DNA from: Takakia lepidozioides
Lineage: Eukaryota; Plantae; Bryophyta
DNA: 64,000 nt
NCBI GenBank assembly: GCA_030704615.1
Contig: CM060733.1
Location: 15,748,001-15,812,000, forward strand
Direction: 5' to 3'
Positions 52,401-64,000 of this stretch are shown in pieces. A program made the translations under genes and the position numbers. The notes below the pieces were generated by a model, which worked only from the letters and a program-made list of their open reading frames with translations, searched no databases and was not told the DNA's origin. Position 1 is the first letter of the stretch, and each line of letters starts with the position of its first letter.

Positions 52401-52557
52401 GACCAAAGGAGAGATTACCATTGGACAGCTATTGGCTGTGGCACCTTATTGTAGACACAGGCTGTATCAAGCAATCAATCGAATTGCCCAGGAGACAGGA
52501 AACACAGACCTGAACAGCAAGGTGACCAGTTATAATGTGAAGCCGGAAGGGCGTTAA
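49361..52557 (+). pseudogene. gag with a long N-terminal extension and three CCHC knuckles (broken by stops and a frameshift)
   Basis: ORFs 49361-50056 and 50249-51643 share a frame. The capsid core starts at MALQP (~50909; FLCSL..KASEWY, LKQKKHETVEEY, WFVSG). Knuckles CAKC..H, CTICKMDNHSTENC, CYYCNQPGHRKAAC. Confidence 0.85.
49471..49490 (+). promoter_or_regulatory. Primer-binding site, probably tRNA-Arg
   Basis: TGGCGACCATACTAGGGAGT lies 2 nt after the LTR and resembles the complement of a plant tRNA-Arg 3' end (recalled, not aligned). Confidence 0.6.
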
Positions 52558-52563
52558 ACAGTC

Positions 52564-55500
52564 ATGGACTTTGATGATTCTATGCCAGTAATCCAATTGA
52601 GAATTGGAAGCACAGAACTAACTGATGTACTGATAGATGGAGGCTCTGGAGTAAATATCATGACAGACCAATTAAGGAAGAAGCTTGGTCTAAGTAACAT
52701 GAAACCAGCCCCATTTACAGTAACAATGGCAGATCAAAGAAGTGTACAGCCATTGGGATTGATAAGAGGAGTTAAGATACAGATACAGAAGATGATCTTT
52801 ATGATCACAGTAACTGTGTTGAAGATGGATGAAGTCATGGAGGCTTACTCCTTATTATTGGGACGTCCGTGGCTGAAACATGCCAGGGTATTCCATGACT
52901 GGAATTCTCAGTTACTAACTGTGCATAATGGGATGCATGAGATACAAATTACCACTAAGAAATCTAGTAGATTACCTGCTACGAGAAGACCTCGAGGGGT
53001 CAGAGAGTATGACTGGAGGGAGGACTGGATGAGGAGCAGGAAGCTACCCTTCGCTGCACACCCAGAGTGGGAGCAGGTTGCAGAGATACGGCTGGAAAGC
53101 CTAAGTTGTTTAAGAGGTATCTGCTGTGGTGTAGTGTCAGCAATACCAATTGAAGAGGAAACCAGCAGTTACCCATCACATTTCTATGAAGAAAGAGAAG
53201 GAGAAATGGAAATCCTAGAGGAACCAGCCACTGTGAGTTTACAGGATGAAGTGGTGACTGGTTGGACAATCACAGCTGATGAGCAAGTGAGGGAAGTGAA
53301 TGTGGGAACTGAAGAGGAACCGAGGATGGTGAAGGTAGGAGCTGATTTGGAGCCAGAATTCTTTGAAGAAGCTAAGAGTTTGTTATCAAATACAGAGATG
53401 TATTTGCTTGGAGCTACGAGGATCTAAAAGGGATACCACCTGAGATCTGTCAGCATAAGATTGAACTGGAACCAGGGTCAGTACCAATCAAGCAGGCAAG
53501 GTACAGAATGAATCCCAACTATGCACAGAAGGTTGGAGAAGAGATCAAGAAGTTGACTGAGGCTAAGTTTATATACCCGATAGAGTATACAACTTGGTTG
53601 TCACCCATTGTGATAGTTCTCAAGAAAAATGGTAAACTGAAAGTTTGTGTGAATTATAAGAAGTTGAATGCTTGCACGAAGAAAGATCCTTTTCCTTTAC
53701 CATTCACAGAAGCGGTATTGGACACTGTGGCAGGCCATGAGATGTACTCATTCATGGATGCTTCAGTGGTTATAATCAAGTGCAAGTGGCAGAAGAAGAC
53801 CAGGGAAAGACAGCTTTCATCACAGACTGGGGTGCTTATGCATACAAAGTCATGCCCTTTGGACTTTGTAATGCACCAGCAACCTTTCAGAGAGTGATAA
53901 GTGAATCTTTTCATGAGTATCTGGATGATTTCATGCAGGTGTTCTTGGATGATTTAGTGTGTACAGCTCTAAGAATGAGCACTTGCATAAATTGAGTTAT
54001 GTCTGGCCAGATGCAGGATGAGAGGTCTGGGCCTGAATCCAGAGAAGTGTACTTTCTGTGTGAACTCAGGGGTGCTTTTGGGACACATTGTGTGTAAGAG
54101 GGGACTTCTTGTGGATCCCAAGAAACAGAGGCCATTAAAAGCCTCTCCACCACTAGTAAATGTTAGAGTCTAAGGAGATTCCTTGGGCAAACCAGTTATT
54201 ACAGAAGATTTGTCAAAAGGTATGCACAAGTAGCAACACCATTGAGCAAGCTTCTGAAGAAAGATGCAGTGTTTGCATGGACAGCTGAATGTCAACAGGC
54301 TTTTGAGGAACTTACATTGTCAGTAACAACTACACCTGTGCTGATTAACCCTCACTGGCATGTAGTATTTCATGTTTCATGTGATGCCTCAGGAGAAGCA
54401 TTGGGAGCAGTGTTAGCCAGAATGTTACAGGAAATATAGATTCACCTGTGTACTATGCTAGCAGGTTGATGAACAGTGCTGAAAGGAACTATAGCACAAC
54501 TGAAAGAGAAACACTGGCAATTATTTAAGTAGTCAAGAAATTTAGGCATTACCTATTGGGAAGAAAGTTTATGTTTATGTGGATCACCAGGCTCTGATAT
54601 ATCTGGTGAACAAACCTTTGATAAGTGGAAGGATAGCAAGGTGGTTAATAATCTTGCACGAGTTTGAGTTCGAGGTTGTTTACAAGCCTCGCCGTTTGCA
54701 TCTTGTGGCAGATCATTTGTCACGACTAACAACAGGAGAAGCCGCCACAGGAGTAGACAATCAGTTACCTGATGCGAGTTTATTTGTAATGGAGGTGCAA
54801 GGAAGTGCAGATGAATGGTTAGATTGGCAGTGGCCAATCAGATACTACCTTACTCATGGTCAGTGCCCACCTAGTTATGGTAAGGAGCAGAGGAAGAAAA
54901 TCGCTATCAAGGCTTTACCTTATACTATGGTAGGAGCATAATGTATAAGCTAGGGACCTGATGGAGTACTTAAACGATGCTTGTACCACCATGAAGTAAA
55001 ATAAAGTTTTGGAGGAAGTTCATAAAGGAGTGGCTGGAGGTCATTTTGGAGAAGAACTACCAGTAGGAAGATACTACTTGCAGGTTACTAGTGACCTACT
55101 TTGTTCAAAGATGTACACAAGTATTGTCAGAGTTGTGATGAATGTCAGAGGCTAGGACCTTTGCAGAGATCTGGGAAGATGGCTTTGCATCCTACGATGC
55201 CTACTGAACCATTTCAGAAATGGGACTAGACTTTGTTGGACCAATTAACCACCAGCCAAGAATACACAGAACAGTACATAATTACGGCCACTGATTATAC
55301 TATGAAGTGGGTTGAAAGCTAAAGCTTTGAGGGACAACACAAGCCAAGTCCACAGCAGGTTCCTGTATGAGAACATTACTTACACGATTGGCTGTCCTTG
55401 GAATTTATCAGTGATCATGGAAGTCACTTCATTAATGAGACCATTGAACTATTGGACTAAAGAGTTCATGATTGTGCATAGGAAGAGTACAACATATTTA

Positions 55501-56075
55501 CCCACAGGGTAATGGGCAGGGCAGAGGCTACCAACAAAATACTATGTACTATCTTGGCTAAGATAGTCAATGGAAACAGAACGGATTGCAATACAAAGCT
55601 GCTGACAGCTTTGTGGTCATACAGGACTTCATATAAAGTCAACCACTAAGTATACACCATTCTAATTAGTTTTATGGTAAGGAAGCTTTACTTCCAGTGG
55701 AATTCCTGTTACCTACCATGAGAACGGAATGGGGAAAGAGAATGGAATTGCAAGATTCAATTAAGGTCAGGAAACATGAATTATACCATGTGGAAGAAGT
55801 ACGTGCTGATGCAGCTGATAACATGACCAGAATTCAGATGAAGAAAAGGAACAGTTTGATGAAGGCAAGTTAAAGACTTTTAAGACGGGAGATTTGGTTC
55901 TCTGGTTCAGAAGGGGAAGATTAAAGCTTCTAAGCTTAAATCACCATGGAAAGGACCTTATGTCATAGAAGATGTATGATAACAACACCGCCATGTTACA
56001 AAACATTAACAAAGAGATGCTGGAAGAGTCAATGCAATAAGTTGAAGGGTACAGTGGTATCCATGACAAACCATT
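52564..56075 (+). pseudogene. pol (protease, RT, RNase H, integrase), heavily frameshifted
   Basis: VLIDGGSGVNIM; WLSPIVIVLKKNGKLKVC; MPFGLCNAPATFQR; VFLDD; VSCDAS; DHQAL; integrase GGHF..CQSCDECQ, LDFVGP, NGQ.EATNK. Confidence 0.92.
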
Positions 56076-57109
56076 GCAGCATGATTTGCATGTTGAAACG
56101 CAAGAAGCAGTCACGGGCTGCGCCAGTGATACCAACAGAGTATGGCACTTGTCGCTAGGCCGAGCGTATATGACCAGGGTGGGTACAAGCGCAGTCACAG
56201 ACGGCGCGGCACAGCCTATCACAGCCCATCACGCACAGCCTATCACAGCCCATCACAGGCGACACAGCCTATCACTAACCTACCACAGCGTGTCACAGCC
56301 TATCAAGCTTACCACAGTGCCACACAGCCTATCACAGCGTACCACAGTATGACACAGCCTGTCACAGCTCAACACAGCCTACTGGGGTTACACAGTCCAT
56401 AGGATCCGTGACAGGTGGACGTGGGTTAACATCCGGACAGTGGCCGGCGGAAAAGTGGACGGAGGCACGTTTAGAAATGGACACGTGGACGCCAGGGCGA
56501 GACACACAGCCGGACATGGATTGCAAGAGCGAGTGTCATCAAGGAAGAAGACAAAATTGGCCGTCAAAGTACCTACCCGCACATTAACTTATTATGGGCC
56601 CATTAATGCATACGGGAAAGGGTAACGAACCCTTTAAAAGTACCGAAAAGCAAAATCCATGTCACATGTGCTATCCTAGTGGACAGTCCAGAGTGGAAAT
56701 CCATGGAAGGAAATTAAATTACAAAACAAATCACAAAGCCAACAGCCAATCATGAGCCAGAATTACCTGCAGAAGGTATTTTCCAAGAAGCAAAATCAAG
56801 AAATTGGAAGGATTCTGCGCGCAAGAGTCGGCGTCGTTCTAAGTAACGGGCGTCTCGTCAGGAGAGACAATCAAAGCTATAGCTTTGAAGCTATGGCGGA
56901 AATAACAGACTACACGCTCGCTTACTACTTACGCACACAGTGGCACAAGGACAGACGAACGCAGAGTACATTTTCTCTAAATCGCTACTTGCAAGCCCCG
57001 CAGGCTTACAAGCACTTACCCATTTCATTCTTCGCCAACCATACTTTTATGCTTTGTGCCCTGCAGGCGTTCTTCAGTTGTTGCAACCAAAACTTTCTGT
57101 TTGTCCAGA

Positions 57110-60100
57110 ATGAAGAGAGTGAGAGGAATGGAAGATATCAGGGTGAAAAGCACCACAATCTTACAGAAGCAAACGATCGCTGCACCACAGGCGGTGCAGC
57201 TACTGAAGGAGCTGCGATTGGAGGGGTTGCTACGCAAGGACTGGTCCTTGCATCATCGACAGTTCATGATACAATTTCTTCAAAACTTTGAGCCTCGGAC
57301 AGGAGTTACTCAGGTGAGGGGAGTAGATATAGAAATTACTCCCCAGTACCTGCAGCAACTGTTTGATTTGCCATCAGGACATGTGAATGTGGATGAGCAC
57401 AGGGCAAGATTGCAGATAGGGAATTTGTTCCAAGAAGGGAGTTTCTTTAAAACTCAAGGTTTTGCTTGTACCAAGGCGGAGTACCCAGGGCTTAGAGAAG
57501 TTGGACAAATCTTGAATGTTCTGTTTGCCATGAAACAGAACCAACAGTATTTGAGCAGGTCCTTCACAGAGGAGATCCTGAAAGCTTTGAGGGGAGAGGA
57601 TGTTGCTTGGGCAAAGTTAATGTACAACGGATTGGTGGACGAGATGAAGAGGTTACAGGGCACTGCTGCAAAGTCTCCGATCATTGTGTCCGGTCCAATC
57701 ATTGCTCAAATAATTCTTGATTCTTGCATACTTGATACTCGGGAGAGAAAGGAGATGGGAGTGTTTGAAGCAGAAACCACTGCCATTGAAGAGCAAGGCT
57801 CTTCACACAGTGAGGGTGGACTGGCAGTGCAACCCCAGTCTAAGAGACAGAGGCGGGGAAAGACTGTAGTGGCGGATCCACTGGCTTCACGGAAAACCGC
57901 ATGATAATGTTTCCCAAGCTCTTGTGCAGGAAGGGGCACACAGCACAGAGAGCTGCTATATTGGAAGCAGGGCCTTCAGAGAGGGAAGAGAAGTCACTTT
58001 GATACCACAACCACCACAACCAATTGACTGTGTTTTGAGGCTCCACAATTAGTATATGTTGTGGCATCACCACCAATTGCTCTGGAAGGAGAAAGGTTGG
58101 ACATACCAACTACAGAGCAGGTCGTGGCCGAAATTGAGAAGGGGACCTTCTCTATGAAAATTCTGGTTTGGTCAGGGAAACAGTGATTCCGGAGGTGCAG
58201 CGGTTGTCCAGGGGAAACCCTGTTGTTGTAATACCCACACCTCTGACGGAGGTACCACAGGTAGAATGTCAAGACACTGCAGCACCTGTAGCGGATGAGG
58301 TGGTTCAGGAAGAAAATCTGGTGGGGCAATGGCCTGAATGGTTCGTGAGGCATCACACTGTTGAGGATCAGGGAGAAAGAACAGAGCAAGCTCACCATGA
58401 TGACCTCAACAGGCCATGCTTATGAGTTCCATAAGCAGGACACTTAATTTGTTGGGCACTTATGTCAAATCCCATGTTCCAACTACCCAATTGGCAGCTT
58501 TGAGGGAGGAACTCAGGAAGGAGTTTGAGGCTCGACTTGCCACTGAGTGTGCAAACAAGGTCGATGAGGAGGTCACTCTCAAATTAGCAAGAGTTAGAGG
58601 ATACAACAGCTGCTTTGCAGTTGGCCAAGGAACATTTGATTGAAGCAGGCCTCGCGCAGGACCAGTTGCACGAAGCACATAAGCAACAGCTATACCAAAT
58701 GCAGGTGAAGCATGAGAGCAAGTTGCAAGAAGTGAATGCACTACATACAGAGTTGCAGACAGTGCATGACAGGATGGCCATACAATGTGCTACACTCACA
58801 ACTACGCTTGAGCAAACTACATTAGAAGTTAACACCAAGCGGAAAGATGTATAAAGCACAGGCAGATAATGTCGAGCAGACAAAACTCATTATTGATATG
58901 AAGAATACAATCTGTCGCAATGAGAATACTTTCAAGCAATACAGGCAGGTTGAAGCTGACCAAGAGAGGTACATCCTGGAATTGCAACAAACGGTCATGG
59001 CCAATAGAAATGAACTCTCTGTCACTAACAAGGCTTGGAAGGAAGCCAATAATCTGCTTGCCTATGCGAGTTTGGTTGAACCTCATGCGAAGCGCATGGA
59101 GGCTTTACAACAGCAGTTAGATATGTACAAACTCAGAGAGGAGCAGACTCTCAGAGGTACCACAACCAACTTGGTGGATAACCACCTTCTGCAGGTCTGG
59201 TTAGCACAAGGACCGGTGGAAGGCAAAGCACCACGGAAGCTCACCCAAGGCGAGATGAATGAGCTCAGACTGCAGGTGCAGAACATTGCCACAACTACTA
59301 TAGACAATGTCTATAGTAGGATAGCGGAGTTACAGGAGGATGTAGATGGCCTGCAAACTCAGGTGGAGGACCTCACTTCAAATATTGACAAGAGAGTCTT
59401 TGTATCTAAGGAGCAGCTGATGGCTTCTTATTTACAAGCCAGAACTCTAGCTTTTCAGTCTTCTTCGCAGGGGTTGCAGGAGATGCCAGTGGTACAAGAG
59501 CCAGTGCTACCAATACCACAACAAGTGACTGTGCCAGTAGCTGACCCTGTTATTATTACAGCCACACCACAGCCGCCACAGCCTGAGGTATGGGGGGATG
59601 TTGCTTTTAACCCACCTAAAACTCCTGCTGCACGGGAGTACAGTCGGGCTATGATTATGCCCTTCAACCAAATTCCAATTGTGTTGGATTTGGCTTGGAA
59701 GGAATTTAGTCCTCCACAGTCGTTGGCACATTACTACCAGATCATGCGCATTTGGCTGCCAGTGGCAACTAGGACTAAGGTTCTTCCGAACAATCGACCC
59801 ATTGAGGATCATCACTTTGCGAGGTACTGGCATGAGACAAGTACCATGTTGAAGGAATTAATTGCCTTCCAAGTTGTACATGGGTACATTTATACCAAGA
59901 CCAAGGAGGTAGCAAGTATTGTCATGGGCTGCAGGTTATACTATGATGCTTGTTTTCTGGCACGTTATCACATTGAGCAGCAGAAAATGCAATCGCAATT
60001 TCTGAGTTATTCCAGTGGGGATCATTGGGTCTTACCTTCAGTGCCACCTCATATGTACCTCTATGATGCAAAGGTGATGATGCAAAATGATTCCCAACTA

Positions 60101-60653
60101 CGTTCATGGTTTCATTCGGCTTGGAACAATTTGACAACACAAAAATTTGGCACTGAAGATATTTTCTTTTAAGGGCCATGAGGCATGGAAATACTTGCAC
60201 TGTTCCCAAGTCATTGGCACACCACTCACCTATATGGACAAGGAGTTCAGGGTGTTCACCAATTTTGCCATTAAGACCTTACAGCAAGTTATACGGTTTA
60301 AACTTCCAGACATGGTGGGAACACATTATATGCCCGAACGGATTCCAGTTAGAGTTCGACCATTAAAACACCTCAGAGGGGACGAGGATTCTGATACAAC
60401 TGTTACTTCAGTGGACTCTTTTGACATGACAGAGGACTATGCAATTCAGATGGCAGAGAAGAAACGACGGGGATCTCCTATGCCTGAAAGGTTACCTCCA
60501 TATCAGCCAAAAGAAGGACTGACATATCCAGGTAGTGTTCAATCATCTCCATCAACCAGTGACAGGACTCGAGCTTGCACAAGGAGTCCTTCACGAGACT
60601 CTAACCGTCAGAAGGGTGCTCGCTCACAAAGGTTTCCAAATCCCAAACAGTAA
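57110..60653 (+). pseudogene. Extra 3' ORF region of the retrotransposon (env-position, coiled-coil-rich, function unknown), split into ~6 overlapping or abutting frames
   Basis: ORFs 57056-57904, 58168-58425, 58416-58643, 58615-58854, 58847-60172 and 60147-60653 nearly tile the region in sense orientation and end ~20 bp before the PPT. Confidence 0.7.
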
Positions 60654-60674
60654 ACCGTGGGGACACGGCTTTTT

Positions 60675-60692
60675 GAGAGGGGGAGGGGTAAA
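60675..60692 (+). promoter_or_regulatory. Polypurine tract
   Basis: GAGAGGGGGAGGGGTAAA immediately before the 3' LTR TG. Confidence 0.9.
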
Positions 60693-61717
60693 TGTTAGAG
60701 GGCTGCTTGGGACTTAGACGCTTTTACGGGATCTGTGGGGTACCCTTAATTTTTACCAGACTGAGACCAGTAGGAGCCTTAGGGGTGACAGCAACAGGCT
60801 TTAGGGGGGAAGATACACAGCCCGACACAGTCCATCATAGTCCAACACAGCCGACACAGTCACCACAACCGTCACAGCTTCGCACAGCCAACACAGCCCG
60901 TCACAGTCCAACACAGCCGTCACAGCTTCGCACAGCCAACACAGCCCGTCACAGCCAACACAGCCCGTCACAGCCAGTCACAGCCCGACACAGCCGCCAC
61001 AGCTTCGCACAGCCCTACACAGCCCGACACATCCAGTCACAGCCCGCCACAGCCTGATACAGCCAGTCACAACTCGGCACAGCTGGGGAACAGTTACCAT
61101 TGGCAGGGAACGACTGTGGGGGAACGACATCTGAAAAATGAACGTGTATTACAGGAATAACGGTTAGTTAGGAAAGCGGTTAGAACAGTTTGTAAGTAGA
61201 TAAAGCGAAGAGCGGGGACGTCTCGGGGATCACTTCTTGGGGGGGACTTCTGGCATTACGGCTTGGAAATAGAGGGGAGAGCACATCTCTGAGTGGAAAG
61301 ATGAAGAGCACGGAGAGTAGAAGTGACGATCTGTTGTTACTTGATGAATGCAAGCTGTAGAATTGTAATGTAGAGTAGATAAGAGACACCATGACTTCAG
61401 CCTGATACTTGAAAGATATTAATCTGATACATACTTCATACTCACACTGTGTAGAGAGACCTGAGTGAAGCTGTGGAATTAATGGATGGAACTTGATAGA
61501 TTTATGAAGCAAACTGATACTTAATTGCAGATAGTAAGGTAACTCGCTAACATGAATGCGGGAAGGAGTACAAATAGGAAACACCCCCATGATACACTAG
61601 CTGTAGGTCATGACTGATTGTTCTGAGCGGGCTGAGTGCTTAGAGATTTCCAACTCTTCTATCTTGGAGTTCCCACCTAAGATAGCGAAGGGATGGGTGA
61701 GTAAAAGCCGCTCGACA
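60693..61717 (+). repeat. 3' LTR (1025 bp)
   Basis: TGTTAGAGGG...GCTCGACA. It differs from the 5' LTR mainly by indels in the CACAGC array plus scattered substitutions. Confidence 0.96.
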
Positions 61718-62539
61718 CGTCCCCTGTCGGGGGGCTGCTATTTCATGAGCGGGAAAAAAAAAAACATGAGCAGACCATTGTGTGTCCACGGAAATAGGGT
61801 TAGGAGGCACGAAAATAGGGTCATGTGAAGTTGGAATGTGGCACCAGTGGACTTGAAATGCAACATTTTATTGCAAATTTTGTGGCAAGCCACGTCTATA
61901 CAAGTGTGTTCTAACTGTCATAGCCGGAATGGGCACTACTCTCCTACACCCTCCGAGGAACTTGCCCCACCTTCTTCCTCATCCCCTCATCCCCTCATCC
62001 CCCTCATCCTCTGAGCTCTGTGGTGCATCAGTTCTACTATGCCTCTCAAAAATCTCGTCCTCTTGGGGGACTGTACACCTCACCTACTGGGAATCTTTTG
62101 CATCTTCTCCCCCACTTTCCTCAGCTGAATCCAAGACAAATCTACGAGCCTGACGGGCTCTAATAGCTGCTGCCTCCTCCCTCATCTTCATTTTCTTGAG
62201 GCTTGCCTCGTCTAAAATCTGTTGTACACGACTAGGTTCGGAACACCTCCTAATGGACACCGAAGCAAGCCGGGCAACATAAGTATGAAGGATGTAGTCC
62301 CTTTCTGGACTAGGCATGAAATCCCCCCTGGCAAAAAAATGCACGTTCGTCCTGCCCATGAACTGCGGTGTAGACGTCCCTCCTACAGTACTTGGCATCC
62401 TACAGTAAGAACAAATCCACTTGAAGAATGTCAATACCAGTAGAAGCGAAAACGGTCTTTCAATGAAATAAAAGAGCGAGGGGAGGTGCCTCACAAAATC
62501 AGGAGGCAACTTACAATGCGACCACTCACTCGTAAACCA

Positions 62540-63586
62540 TTTTCGGCACCATTTTCCTAGGTTGGGCCCGGAAATGGCTAAGTCCCAGAACTGACTGGGC
62601 GCGGAACTAGAAAATGGCACCGAATTTCCGGTTGCGGTTCCAGCACACCTAGGGACTTAGCCATTTTCGGGGCCTTGAACTAGAAAAATGGCGCCATTTT
62701 TCCAGTTCGGGGCCGAAAATGGCTAAGTCCCAGATCTGACTGGGCCCAGAACTGGAAAAATGGCGCCGAATTTCCGATTTTGGTGCCAGTCAGATCTGGG
62801 ACTTAGCCATTTTCGGCCCCGAACAAGAAAAATGGCGTTTTTTTTTTTTTTTTTTTTTTTTTTTCGGCGCCATTTTTCCAGTTCGGGGCCGAAAATGGCT
62901 AAGTCCCAGATCTGACTGGGTCCGGAACTAAAAAAATGGCGCCGAATTTCCGATTTTGCTGCCAGCCACCCTAAGGACTTAGCCATTTTCGGCCCCGAAC
63001 TGGAAAAATGGCGCCATTTTTCCAGTTCGGGGCCAAAAATGGCTAAGTCCCAGATCTGACAGGGCGCGGAACTGGAAAAATGCGCCGAATTTCCGGTTGC
63101 GGTTCTAGCCACCTTAGGGACTTAGCCATTTTCGGGGCCTTAAACTGGAAAATGGCGCCATTTTTCCATTTCGGGGCCGAAAATGGCTTAGTCCCAGATC
63201 TGATACGGCGCGGAACAGGAAAAATGGTGCCGAATTTCCAGTTGCGGTTCCAGCCACCGTAGGGACTTAGCCATTTTCGGGGCCCTGAACTGGAAAAATG
63301 ACGTCATTTTTCCATTTCGAGGCCGAAATGACTAAGTCAGATCTGACTGGGCCCAGAACTGGAAAAAATGGCGGCGAATTTCCGATTTTGGTGCCAGTCA
63401 GATCTGGGACTTAGCCGTTTTCGGCCCCCAAATGGAAAAATGGCGTTGTTTTTTTTTTTTTTTTTAAAAAAAAATTATTATATTTGTTTTGTTTTTTCGG
63501 AGCCATTTTTCCAGTTCGGGGCCGAAAATGGCTAAGTCCCAAATCTGACTGGCACCAAACTCGGAAATTCGCCGCCATTTTTCCAG
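62540..63586. repeat. Satellite-like array with inverted subunits
   Basis: aaaatggctaagtcccagatctg alternates with its complement gggacttagccattttcgg, and ttccagttcggggccgaaaatgg recurs many times. Confidence 0.9.
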
Positions 63587-64000
63587 TCATGCAGGTAATT
63601 CGAAGAGCGGATGGATGGAAATCCGGCGCCGGATTTCCATCCGCAGGTTAGTCGGTGCGCAAAATTTCCGCCATGCAGGTAATTCGAAGAGCGGATGGAT
63701 GGAAATCCGGCGCCGGATTTCCATCCTCCAGGTAAGTCGGCGCTGCAAATTTCTGTCATGCAGGTTACTTGTGAGCGGATGGAAGGAAATCCGGCGCATG
63801 ATTTCCATCCGCCAGGTACAAAACTTCCGTCATGCAGGTAATTCGGAGTGCGGATGGATGGAAATCCGGCGACGGATTTCCATCCTCCAGGTAAGTCGGC
63901 GCGCAAAATATCCGTCATGCAGGTAATTCGAAGAGCGGATGGATGGAAATCCGGCGCCGGATTTCCATCCGCCAGCTAAGTCGGCGCGCAAAATTTCCGT
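63587..64000. repeat. ~85-bp tandem repeat with a 30-bp palindrome core, running off the window edge
   Basis: Units start catgcagg at ~63588, 63672, 63757, 63831 and 63916. Core GGATGGAAATCCGGCGCCGGATTTCCATCC. Confidence 0.92.

Larger units (their letters stand above)
48473..61717 (+). mobile_element. Full-length Ty3/gypsy LTR retrotransposon (non-chromovirus type), 13.2 kb, with extra ORFs
   Basis: LTRs 48473-49468 and 60693-61717 (TG...CA), PBS from 49471, PPT 60675-60692. Domain order gag, PR, RT, RH, INT, then a 3' ORF region. Confidence 0.96.

Noticed and set aside
48473-61717. Assignment to the Tat/Ogre clade
   Set aside because: The PBS and extra ORFs are suggestive, but I see no additional archaeal-type RNase H domain. 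An RT phylogeny is needed.
62084-62620. 178-aa minus-strand ORF
   Set aside because: It starts within the satellite and has no identifiable domain. Left unannotated.
63587-64000. CRISPR-like array of palindromic repeats
   Set aside because: The spacers are copies of each other, there are no cas genes, and the context is eukaryotic. It is a tandem satellite.

Overview
Eukaryotic nuclear DNA with spliceosomal GT-AG introns, most likely from a non-seed land plant (inferred from gene content and TE types; the species cannot be read from the sequence). The first ~26 kb holds three host genes: a 4-exon pyroglutamyl peptidase I (minus), an unusual P-loop GTPase-domain gene (plus) and a 7-exon L-galactono-1,4-lactone dehydrogenase, GLDH (minus). 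SINEs, MITEs and a TTAA-flanked piggyBac-like element lie among them. From 26 to 64 kb is a nested transposon block. (1) A truncated Ty3/gypsy element (minus) has an LTR with a Tf1-type self-priming signature; its gag is interrupted by a 1.4-kb CACTA element carrying a 590-bp copy of another retrotransposon's gag. (2) A decayed, intron-containing gene fuses a ParB/Srx-like domain (WDGNHR) to a beta-class N6A/N4C DNA-methyltransferase-like domain. It lies beside En/Spm transposase pieces and orphan host exons and is the best candidate for an undescribed system. (3) A LINE endonuclease remnant. (4) A full-length 13.2-kb Ty3/gypsy element with a very long gag N-terminal extension and a ~3.5-kb extra 3' coding region behind a splice acceptor. 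(5) Palindromic satellites at the right edge. All calls are by eye from motifs; no database searches were run.
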